DNA of 64,000 nt, taken from the NCBI RefSeq assembly GCF_964355755.1, contig NC_092672.1, positions 4,030,001 through 4,094,000 of the forward strand, read 5' to 3'. Under the pieces are notes generated by a model that made no database searches, was not told where the DNA came from, and was given only the letters and a program-made list of their open reading frames with translations. The first letter of the stretch is position 1. Each line of letters opens with the position of its first letter. The position numbers and the translations under genes were made by a program. The stretch comes from Antedon mediterranea. Lineage: Eukaryota > Animalia > Echinodermata. Below, piece by piece: positions 33,127 through 45,232 of this stretch.

Positions 33127-36100
33127 ATGTATCTCCGGTAAGTAAATTGTTCTTTAAGCTTTTAATAATATTTAGGATGATATTTGGTGCTACTGTACCA
33201 TTAGGCGCAGGAGCCCCGGATAGCGTTACGTTTGAAAACCCCAAAAAGTGAGGTTTTCAACCATTAGCGGCATGACTGATGTGAGTGATTAATGTGTTTT
33301 ACGGACGGTTTCAAGGACTATCCTACCAGTGGGCTGTTCACTGGTCAAATGATTGACACTTTGTATCACCGTTTGTAACTGGAGCTGTGACGACCTTTGT
33401 AACTGGAGCTGTGACGACCTTGCAAGAATACTAGGCCAGAATTTTTAATTGAAAAGTGCCTTGGTATTAACAATAACATGGAGATGGAAACAAATTTGTC
33501 TATCTTTCTTTCTAAAATATATGGTCACTATAGTTTCAAACTAGGCTTAGTCCACCACATTAGTAATTACGAATCGAAACCTACATTAAAATTGTTGGTA
33601 TTCTTTGGCCGTTGTTTGATTAATTACATCTTCATGCCATGTTTTTTTTTTCTCTAATAATTTGGCGATACGCTCCTATATTAATTAGGCCTACTAGCAG
33701 AGGGTTCGATGAGTTTTGAAAAGTTATGGAAATGTGGTCTAACATATAGCAATTCAGTTTTTTAAGGCCCTTCTTCCTTGTCCGAGCCTTTGGAAATATT
33801 AAAAAGTTATATTAATATAATATATTCTGTGTTTTCATGTTTTGAGAAATTGTATATCATTTCAGATGTTTCGCGCCGCGCTTTTATTTGTTTCGCGCTT
33901 CGTCTTGTTCGAGCTTCCTCCGTACATACCGATAATTAATATGATTTTTCATTTCATTTTTTGTACATTATTAAAAAATAGCATACAGAACCCCATACAG
34001 AACATACCCTTCTCTGAGAAAACACTTGTGGGCGATTCCCCGAATACGACATGATGGAATAGCTTTGGAGACTTTGACTTTGGAGTAGGCCTAAATCGAA
34101 ACGTCAAGCAACTCAACAGTTCTTTTCAGAACTAATATAGGCCTACGTGGTGTACCGCAAATTTATATCAACAAATATGTAACTTGTTTAGCACGTTTAA
34201 AATGGATAGGAAAACATATTTTAAAAAAAAACCTGAATTATTTTAAACAGACAGCACATTAGTTCAAACGGATAGCACAACACTAGATAGCTCAATCAAA
34301 TGGATATAACTATGATATAACTGTACTGTGCATTCTATACGGATTATCGGGTAGCACATTCTTTCAAATGGATAGCACATTCTTTCAAATGGATAGCACA
34401 TTCTTTCAAATGGATAGCACATTATTTCAAATGGATAGCACATTAGGTAGCACAATCAAATGGATATAGTACTGTACATTATTCTATGATTATCGGGTAG
34501 CACATTCTTTCAAATGGATAGCACATTAGGCCTATTTCAAATGGATAGCACATTCTTTCAAATGGATAGCACATTATTTCAAATGGATAGCACATTATTT
34601 CAAATGGATAGCACATTGGGTAGCACAATCAAATAGATATAGTACTGTACATTATTCTATAAGGATTATCGGGTAGCACATTATTTCAAATGGATAGCAC
34701 ATTAGGTAGCACAGTCAAATGGATATAGTACTGTACATTATTCTATACGGATTATCGGGTAGCACATTCTTTCAAATGGATAGCAAATTATTTCAAATGG
34801 ATAGCACATTCTTTCAAATGGATAGCACATTATTTCAAATGGATAGCACATTATTTCAAATGGATAGCACATTAGGTAGCACAATCAAATGGATGTAATT
34901 GTACTGTACATTATTCTATACGGATTATCGGGTAGCACATTCTTTCAAATATAGCACATTATTTCAAATGGATAGCACATTATTTCAAATGGATAGCACA
35001 TTGGGTAGCACAATCAAATGGATATAGTACTGTACATTATTCTATAAGGATTATCGGGTAGCACATTATTTCAAATGGATAGCACATTAGGTAGCACAAT
35101 CAAATGGATATAATTGTACTGTACATTATTCTATAGCCTACGGATTATCGGGTAGCACATTCTTTCAAATGGATAGCACAGGTAGCACAGTCAAATGGAT
35201 ATAGTACTGTACATTATTCTATAAGGATTATCGGGTAGCACATTCTTTCAAATGGATAGCACATTGGGTAGCACAATCAAATTGATATAGTACTGTACTG
35301 TACATTATTCTATACGGACTATCGGGTAGCACATTCTTTCAAATGGATAGCACATTCTTTCAAATGGATAGCACATTCTTTCAAATGGATAGCACATTAT
35401 TTCAAATGGATAGCACATTAGGTAGCACAATCAAATGGATATATGTAATTGTACTGTACATTATTCTATACGGATTATCGGGTAGCACATTCTTTCAAAT
35501 GGATAGCAAATTATTTCAAATGGATAGCATGGATTTGGGTAGCACAATCAAATTGAGCACATTGGGTAACACATTGCATCAAATGGGAGCCTACTGTACA
35601 GTTATTCTATTGAATTGAATTGAAATATATATTTATACTGGGTAACCTCTTCAGTCAAAGACTGGTCTCCCAGAGGGCCCAGTTGGTGATCAGTGGCTGT
35701 GATGTACTAATACACCGGGGTAACCCCCCACTCGTCTCGAAAGATGTACTAGGTTCTTTAAAGTACACACGAGCTAGATGTGTATTCTATTATCGGGTGT
35801 AGCACATTAAAATTGAGAGGATAAGATGGACATCATAATTTATTATTAAGGGGCAAAACAGCAAATCCTTACTGAGGGGACACTCCTATAAAGCGGACAT
35901 TAAGGGGACGGGGAACATTTAAGCTCAGTGCCAATGTTCACTCAATATATTTTCCATCACAAAATAACAAAAAAGACGAAATATTTATATCCATTTATCG
36001 TTATTAAATAAAAATGGATATCATGATAATTATGATACTTTGTTTGTCTTGAAAGTTTTCATTGGTGAAACGTTGCCTGCTACACTTTGAATTTCCGAGT

Positions 36101-38118
36101 CCAGATCAGTATTAGTATTGGTTTTCCGTGATCTATTCTAAGTTCTAACTAATGAAACAATTTTTAGAAAATGATATATCTGATAGATATCATCTAAGTG
36201 ATGTTTTACATATAAGTTATAACGTTTAACTTTTCATTCTCCATACATTCAATTCTTTTGATATAGTTCTTGTATAACACCATATCAAGTAGTAGTAGAA
36301 ATTATTGTAGGGTTTTCTTATTATTCAGTCAATTCAGTGTTTCTATACAGAAAAGAGTAGTCAGTGGCCTTAACATCAATTAATTGTATAATTTGCACCC
36401 AAGGTCGAATAGCAAGAAACTCAGGTCCAGTTACATTGGTGTTCATTGGTCAATAGGAAATGAACAGCACACTTATGGGTGGTGACAAAGTTTAGTTATT
36501 TATAAGTTGTCCTTGGGAAAAACACATTAGTTGGGTTGACCATGGGCTGACAGAGTTAACGACTTCGTAACGCTATCCGGGGCTCCTGCGCCTAATGTTT
36601 AGCACTGCTACTCTGTACTTTGACATTACTGTCTTTTACTGTAGTACTGATTTGTTAGAATTCTGTAACCTTCCTTGAACATGTTGGCGGTGGGAAGGAA
36701 AAAACAATATTAAAACACACAGAAGGTACAATATGTGTGTACTCCAGTTAGGAATGCAATACAACTGAGGATCATTTAATACAAATCAATTTGATGTGAA
36801 ATTATTGTAAGGTAAAGTGGAGTCTTGTGTTCATTCTGAACAAAGTGGGATGAGCTGTTAGGAGCTCAAGGTAATAAGCCTTAGCACAATTCCTTTCCAT
36901 GCTGCCTATCCTTCCTAGCATTTTCAGGTACCCATTTACAGCTGAGTTGACTGGTAGTTGTTTTTATCTGGAAATTAATTTGGGTCTTTCTGTATGATAG
37001 TTCAACCACTTGGCTACTAAACTTCAACAAATTATTATATAATACAGTAATACCACATTCAAAACTTGGGCTGAGTCATGTTGTTTCCTTGTACAGTCAG
37101 GATCCTTCTTGTTCCTGGCCAGGAACAAGAAGGAGCCTGTGAAATAAAAGGGTTGCAGAATGCTGGCTCGATAATGATCAGTGTGCAAAATATACTTTGA
37201 CAAAACCCTGCTTGATAATGATTAATTGATTGCAATCTTTTTAAAAAAAAAAAAAAAAGGGTACTTTTATATGTTTATAGCTTAACTTAAGTATGGTAGA
37301 TAAAGAGTGCAATTAAAGAGGGAAACGGTTAACACACTGTTGTTATATTGAATTTCAGACTTAATATGATGTTAACAATTGTGATACAGATTAGTATAAT
37401 CTGTGTCATCAAATCAGCAGCTCAAACCAATTCTGAAGCTTGTAATAGCTGTTGTACAGCTGGGGTTCCTGGCATTCCAGGAAATCACGGAAATCCAGGT
37501 GCAGCAGGGCCACAAGGAATGAATGGAGAACAAGGAATGAAAGGAGAACAAGGAATGAATGGAGAACAAGGAATGAAAGGAGAACAAGGAATGAAAGGAG
37601 ATAATGGAAGCAATGGCTTAGATGGGACTCCTGGAAAGTTAGGACCAACTGGACCTCAAGGTATTGTTGGACTACCAGGTACAAATGGTGTAAAAGGAGA
37701 AAAGGGTGAACAATCTATTCAGCAGAAATCTTCCTTTTCAGTAGTTTTTACATCATCCCCAGGTCGTCATGACACTAGCCCAATGAAGTATGACACAATA
37801 ATTACAGATGTAGGAAATCACTACAACAAAGAAACAGGCAAGTTTGTCTGTACAATTCCAGGTATTTATGTTTTCCAGGTGACATCAACGGCATCACGTA
37901 GTGGTCAAATTATAACAAGAATCATGAAAAATGGCAATAATCAAATGTCTGCACAGATGAGTGCCTCTGGGTATAATTCTGTAAGCACAATGGTGGTTCT
38001 TGATCTGGTATCAGGTGATCAAGTATGGACTCAGCCACATAGTTCAAACTACAACTATTACTACAGTGACGGTGCAAGATTCTGCTCATTCTCTGGTTTC
38101 TTACTTTATGCAGCATAA
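33127..38118 (+). CDS. Collagen-C1q protein copy 4, 28 Gly-X-Y; intron enlarged by a 3.4-kb transposon
   Basis: Exons 33127-33137 and 37359-38118; the head has a divergent loop (TSTASRSGQII, one residue shorter than in the other copies). Confidence 0.9.
34250..35590. repeat. Minisatellite with a 21-bp unit (TTCAAATGGATAGCACATT[A/C]T) arranged in a higher-order repeat
   Basis: Runs of 1-5 units alternate with a recurring linker GGTAGCACAATCAAATGGATATAGTACTGTACATTATTCTATACGGATTATCG. Confidence 0.9.
35612..35782 (-). mobile_element. 5'-truncated SINE/retroposon with a (CAATT)n tail nested in the TIR element
   Basis: 9-bp TSD TATTCTATT at 35603-35611 and 35783-35791; short tandem tail. Confidence 0.65.
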
Positions 38119-40968
38119 AGTAAACATATACAAATACTTGTATTGTTTTAAACAATTAATTTGCAAATGGCATCTAGAAGTCAAACTATATAAATGTCAC
38201 AAGCTAAATTACTATTAATTAGAACAAATTTTAAAAATAATGCTTTTACTAAATATACAGTATAGTAAATTCAACCAAAAACCCATTTGGTGGCAGCCAA
38301 TTTACCTATTCACAACTTTTTGTCAAATAAATAACCATTTTTTATGTGACTGTAACATTTTTTTTAGAAAGTTTAGTGATTTTTTATGTCAGCTTTACTT
38401 ACCAGTTAAAAAATTATAGATATAACATTTATTTCATTTAAACTAAATTTTTGTAAGCATATATTAGAAATAAAAATATTAATATTCAGTATTTTGAGTG
38501 GATCATTATGTTGAACTATGAACTATATATGGTATAATTGTTCATGTGAGGTGAGAAAGTTGGATAAAAATCAAAGCCTCTTCTTTTTTTAAAGTTTTTA
38601 ATTCTTTGCTTGGCACACTTTATTTTATAAAATTCATATGAATCACAATATTGCTCATGATGACACTGGAAACCAGTTTGTTACAACTTGACATATAACT
38701 TTGCATAAAATACAAAACTGAACTGAACGAGAGGAAACAATAAATTCTAATATAAATAATTAAATATTTGACATACTACAAAAAATGCACTAAACATAAA
38801 AGAAAACTTGACAAAATGGTAAAAAATACTGAAGAGGATTTTGAAAACTATGAAAACTAGAGAAATACAAACACTTCCAAAATATTTAGACGAATTATAT
38901 ATTCAGTTCTTCGACATTTGACCTTTTAAAACAGATTTTACACATTTATTTATTTAACCCATGGCTGGTAGTAGTACTGCACTTTGCAAAGATTATGCTA
39001 AGAGAAATATATCAGCATGGGTAACTCTGCAAGTTCCTTGTTTAAAAATCAAAGCCTCTTCTTTTTTTTTGTTAAGTTTTGAATTCTTTCCTTGGCACAT
39101 TTTATAAAATTCATATGAATCGCAATATTGCTCATGACGACACCGAAACCAGTTTGTTACAACTTGACATATAACTTTGCATAAAATATAAAAAAGAACT
39201 GAGCATACTTTTAAACTCGGTCTACACTATCAAACTATTTTAACAAATATAGTAATAGTAATATGCCAAAATATGGTCATCATATCCATATATTGAGAAA
39301 TCAAATTTTGTTGTCACATAAACTTTGATAGTGTAGACAGAGTTTTAGATGAAACAATGATACAAAAATATCCCATGGCCAATTATGGGAATAGTATGTG
39401 GAATAGACTACACTACTTTAGAATACTTACGGACAATTCCCTAGAAATTGGGCGTGGTTTCCGGACATCGTTACCGACACCATTCAGCGTCAACTCCTCA
39501 CACGTTTTTGGCAATTTCCTCTTCAAATAAACAGTTGGCGGTGTCTGTTTAGAGAGAACCTTTTCAAAAGACATACCAACAAAAAACTCCATTCTTTTTA
39601 ACGTTGCTAAGCAGCTTAGTCTTGCACATGGATCTTTACAGAGTAACTACAGGAAAAAAAAAGTGATCATAAAGAAAAATGCATAAACTACTAGAGACTA
39701 TGAGGTCATCGAAGGTCAGGCTGTTGTATACTGCAAAAAAGAAAGATATAAACGTGGTGTTATTAGGGAGCTATCAATCTGCGACGATCTAGAAATTAGT
39801 TGTGTTACCAAAAAAATGAATGTTCAAAAAGAATGTTGAAATGGATCTGTGTGCACACAATAATATGGCATAAAACTATAGTAGCTTCGGCATAAAATTA
39901 TAGTAGCTCCGAGTTCATTGATTATGAGATGAGAATTTTAAAAATTTAATTAAAAAGTAGTTAACTAAAAATGAATCAACTGTTACCTGAAGAATGACGT
40001 CCTGAGCTGGATAACTAACAAATGGAGGTAACTTGAATTCCTTATTTATAACCTTATTATACATCTCAATGTGATTGGTGGAACCACTTAACGGATATTT
40101 ACCCGTCATCAAGCAAAACATTATAATGCCGAGTGACCACCAGTCAACACAATGATTATAGTCACCCATATTTAGTATTTCAGGCGCTGAAAAAATTAAG
40201 GTAGATGTTTAGTTGTCCTGTTAAAAAAAACATTAAAACTATGGTATAAATTTGGAGACTATTACAGAGCAGAATTTACATTTGTGACTATGTTTAATTT
40301 TGGTTGATATAGGATTTTAAAAAAGGTAGTAGGGCCGGAAATCAACAAAAGGAAGTTCTGTGCATCTCTCCTATTCTAGCTTACATTAACTATTAACTAC
40401 ATACTGTTAACTACGAATTCAGCATTTTATTAATCAATTTAAAAAACTGTTTACCTGTTGAACAATTAACTGTTTTGGATGATATTATTTAAAGATAGCA
40501 AAATGATTCACTTATTAGAGATAATAAAAGGTATACAATTACCCACCCATATACATAAGTGTCCCACAGACACTGGACGTTCTGCCACCTTGCTTCAGCC
40601 ATTTTGAAAGTCCAAAATCGGACAGACGGATATGACCGCCCTCATAAAGTAAAATATTCTCCATCTGAAAAGAAAAATGAGTGTTTTTAAATCTTTCAGC
40701 CAAGCCAATTTAAACTCCCTGCCTGTAATTTGCTTCCAGAATCCAGAATTTGAATATGATCACTTTCAACAATCTGCATCTGCTACGAAAATAGAAATAA
40801 TCATAGCAGAAGATGTTTAATAAGTTCTTTTATTATAATATATTAATTTGCATAATATACACACAACAGGCAAAGAACATTAATTCTAAACCGCCCGGTG
40901 GTATACTGAAATTAAATCAATTAATTTGAAACGATAAGATGAGGAAATCTGTGAGAATGAGAAAAAGT

Positions 40969-41040
40969 CGCCCCAACCGAGACCCGTACCCGGACCTTCT
41001 GCTTGGTATGCAGCTGTCCTAACCATTAGACCACTGGGGC
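40969..41040 (-). ncRNA. Second copy of the tRNA-like sequence (degraded B box)
   Basis: Paralogue of 2067-2138; anticodon loop ATACCAA and a mutated T-loop. Confidence 0.5.
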
Positions 41041-44000
41041 TTTCATGGTATTGTTGAAACTCGATTTGATAGCGACTCTTAACATATTATGTATATTATA
41101 TATTCATAATAAAAATCTTATTATATATAATATTTTACATTTTACATTTTTTCGAATACATACCTTTAAATCTCTATATATAATTCCTGCCCTATGTAAA
41201 AATGCCAAAGCCATAGACTATGAAGATCTCCATGAGTTGCATAATCCATTACTTTAAAACAGAACAAACAAAATAAATTATATTATTTGTGGAATAATTG
41301 TTTTTTCAAATTGGCTTTACTAATATTTTGTATTTGTTGAAAAAAAAAATTGATTTTAAGTCCTTATCCAAGAAGACCACCAGGATTACGGCTGTGGCAT
41401 GCCTTGAACCTGTGCCAATTTTATGGCTATAGTTGGTGGCGACCCTACCTTAAACCACTTGGTCACTCAGGTCAGCTGATTGAACTCTCACATATATATA
41501 ACTATATCTTTATTTGTGTAAATAAAACACATGTTAAACATAAATATATATATCATCATCTTAAATCCTGATATCTTAATCTGTCATCACACAGCTTACA
41601 AATTATATATAGCTATTGATATCAATACATATCTGAATTCAACAACAGTTTGTCTAGGTATGCAGCTCACATAACAGCATCAACATTGGAGAAATGTATG
41701 TAACTGATTAAGAATTAACCATATATAGATATAGAAATAAGAAAAAACTAAAGTATATTTAATATTTATTTTATTTGTAGCTTTGTGGATCTACAGTTTA
41801 AAAAAACATGATACAAAAAGAGACTATTTAGATGAGGGTGCATTAATTGAATTGTAGAACAGGAACGTCAGCACATTCCTGTTAAATTTGAATAAAAACA
41901 GTAAACAACAATTTGATATTACGTTGTTTCACCAATTACTGTTTAAAGCTCTGTCTACATTATCAAACATTATGTGACAAAAATATGTGATGTCCTCAAA
42001 TAGGGTAGTGATAATATGACATAATCATGTCCATATGGGCACATCACATGTCTTTGTCAAAAGTTTGATAGTATAGATAAGTCTTTACTCCACCAAGCAG
42101 TCTATGGTTGACAAGTATGAACAGAAGTTAAAATAATATCTGTTGCTTAAGTAACTATTATTTTACATATACCAATCAGGGGAAGATTTAGGCAGGGCTA
42201 AACAGGCTTTATCCCCCCTTCCCCTAAAATTTAACAGCCATCTTTTTTAAAAATAAAATTATTCTGCAACCTGACGGATCGTTTTATCATTTATGAAATA
42301 TTTAGCGCCCCCCTCCACCCTAATCTATAACGCTGGATCCACCCCTGCTAATCATAGACCTAAATTCATTCATGTTCGACATTTTAATCAATTTTTTAAC
42401 ACTGTATATTTCTTAATGAACATTTACCAAATAAAAATTTAGACAAATCTAAACTGAAATAGGACATACTTTTTAGCAAATAATTTTTAATAGATACATG
42501 AAAAAAACAAAAAATATAACCTCATGGCGGAGGTATAACCGTTATATAAAACAAAAATATTTACATATTAAAAAACAACTTATATAAAATGTATAAACAA
42601 TTCTGACAATGTTGGTAATTGTGATGTTGACATATTTGGATGAGCATATTTTTTAGAAAAAAATGGTACAATTGCACAAATTAATGTTGAAAATGAGGTA
42701 AACTGTCAGCATATGTGGAATGCAGGTATGTTTGTGTACAAGCCTTTTTTTTTATAGCAGTGCTTATTATGTTTCTAGGTATAATTTCAATAATATTTGA
42801 AAAATCATGCTCAAATTAAAAATGTCTATTTAATATAAGTTTACAGAGTTTTAGTATAAGCAGTGGTGGCCCCACGAAATGTCCGAGGGAAGGTAATTAA
42901 CTATGGAGACTTGTGGGAATTTCTCTCCAAAGTATTAATACCTGTAGTATGATAGTATGCAATGTTTTATCAACCAATGCACTTTATTTGAACATTTACT
43001 CTAAATTTTTGCACCTGATTTGCACAAAAGAAACATATAAATAATATAAATATAATAATATATATAAAAAAAACATTTATGAAAACAAAAGTTTTATGGT
43101 ATTGTACATTTATACATTGACATATTTACTATACATGGAAATTGAAATATAAATTAAAGGAATGTTGTTTTGGATAAAAATAAATATTAAAACAGATTGC
43201 ACGTAGCAAAACTTGGAAAGTTTTACAATTAAATAATGTAGACTAATAGTACAATAAATCTAACACCAATTCACTATGTTGTTTTGAAGCAACTACAATA
43301 CACCTACTACACCTTTAGGACCCCAAAAAATGTTCCCTTAAAGATGTATTGTCCCCCAAAACATGAAAAATAAAGATTAATTAAATCAGACTTTGAATAT
43401 GTGATTTAATAATTCCGTAGAAAAAACCCGAAAAAAAAAACCAATGTTTTCACTTATAAATTGACAAAATAAATGGTTAAAATCAATCAAAAACCCATTG
43501 GCTGCCAGCCATTTTGACCACTTTTTCTTTTAAATTACAGGTAAATACATTTTTTTCGATCCAATTTCTGGTCAAAGTGGAACTATTATGTGACATTAAA
43601 ATGGAATATTCAACAAAAATCTTGTTGAGAATTTTCAGGGGGACAATACATCTTTAATAGGGATGTCCAAAAGGAAGGGTTTTTCTGTATATCTTTTTTG
43701 TAGCTTGTATTAAAGGTCTGTGTGGATTGAAAATCTATACAGTATGGTTGGGTATCTAATGGTATAAATGTTGCCTTATAGGTCGCAGGTTCAAATCTTA
43801 CCAGAGACATTTTTTTTATTTAACAAAATGTTTGAAACTTCTGTTGATATATGAGCTATGTTTGATATACAGTATGTTCCAAAATGAGCAGTTTGGTTTC
43901 TAGTAATGATTATATAGGCCTATTACAATGTATTTATTGGCCTACTATACATGCCATTCTCTACTGTACAATTATATGACTAAATGTTATTTTCAAGGCC

Positions 44001-44046
44001 TTTGTAGAAAAGATACCACAATTATATGACATTTATTCAGGCTTTA

Positions 44047-44202
44047 AAGCTCTCTCTACACTATCAAACTAGTTTGACAAAATAAGTGTGATGTGCCCAA
44101 ATATGGTAATGATATGGTCAAATATGATAGTGATACGACATCATCATGCCCATGCACATCACATTTCTTGTCACATAAAGTTTGATAGTATAGACAGAGC
44201 TT
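44047..44202. mobile_element. ~150-bp MITE (AAGCTCTGTCTACACTATCAAAC TIR); relatives near 3212, 25097, 28118, 39213, 41946, 54465, 57127 and 62851
   Basis: Matching TIRs in a TA/TTA context; absent at the paralogous site near 30025. Confidence 0.75.
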
Positions 44203-44735
44203 TAGACATGTTTAATACATTCTTTTTGAAGCAACCAGCTGAATTGGTCAAAAGTCACTTTGGAGGGTTCACCAGTCAATCCAATTGGCACCAAGCTTTT
44301 AGTCCTATTAAACACCACAACACTGTAATAGTAGCACTTGTGCCTAACCTTAGAATGCATGTTATATAACACCTAAATAAATTCCTGTCATTTGATTGGA
44401 CGATAGTGGATCACATAGCGTGCAATATGTGGATCACATAGTACGCACTATTAAACGATCTACACTACAGTTTATAAAATCCATATAAATATAACATTTA
44501 ATATAATTTTATTAAAAACGTTACTGTTTTAATCAATGTGAATCAAATGTAGGCCTTGGCTAGCCTAGGCCTACCTTTTATTTGATTCAAATGACAGGAG
44601 TCTAGGCCTATTTAGATGTTATATAAAACAAATAATGAATGTTTTATATTCGTGTAATGGTACAAATAATGGCATTTGGTGAATGATGAAAGGTTATATA
44701 TCAACTCGGCTTCGCCTTGTTGAAATATAACCTTT

Positions 44736-44998
44736 CTTCTGTTCTTGTTCTTGTTCTTTATTGTATCAAACAAAACAATTTCAATACAAAAGGTAGTCAA
44801 GATATAGCCGAAGCTAATCAAGCTTGGTACCTTTTATCTTAACTAACTTAAGCTACGAAATTAACAAATAAATAACAGAACTTAAAAGAAAATAAAAATT
44901 TGATAACGTCAAAAACAAAACAAAATATTTTGAATAATAAATAAATAACATAACATAACATAAAGTGCTGTATGTACTGTACTGTAATAAACAAAACC
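44736..44998 (-). mobile_element. Probable retroposon 3' tail with (CAAGAA)n
   Basis: The insert is absent from units B and C. It begins TTCTTGTTCTTGTTCTTTATT, i.e. a minus-strand AATAAA plus a tandem tail. Confidence 0.5.
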
Positions 44999-45232
44999 AT
45001 TCATTCACCTCATGCCATTATTTGTACCATTACACTCATAAACATTAATTATTTGTATACTGTCATTTACATATGTAGTGTTGTGTGGCGTGTGGTGTTT
45101 AGTAGAGGACTAAACAGACTCCAACTCTTTTTGGAGGGCTAAGGGCACTAGTCAATCCAACATGCTCAATATAGTCTCTCTGGTGTCAGTTCTGATAATA
45201 ATGATTTACTTCATGGCTCATCTTTGTTGTTG

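Larger units (their letters stand above)
33199..36597. mobile_element. Non-coding TIR element with perfect 32-bp TIRs and no TSD
   Basis: CATTAGGCGCAGGAGCCCCGGATAGCGTTACG at 33199-33230 and its reverse complement at 36566-36597. The flanks rejoin exactly to TACTGTAC|TTTAGCAC, as in the paralogous introns. Confidence 0.9.
32237..41251 (-). pseudogene. Partial kinase duplicate, unit B (last five exons, no 5' exons)
   Basis: Exon copies at 41164-41251 (88 bp versus 149 bp; frameshifting 61-bp deletion between CCAT repeats), 40547-40664, 39987-40186, 39431-39646 and 32237-32275. Splice sites are retained. Confidence 0.85.

Noticed and set aside
34264-35618. ORFs with CYPFERM and MDSTFFQ repeats
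   Set aside because: Translations of the 21-bp minisatellite.
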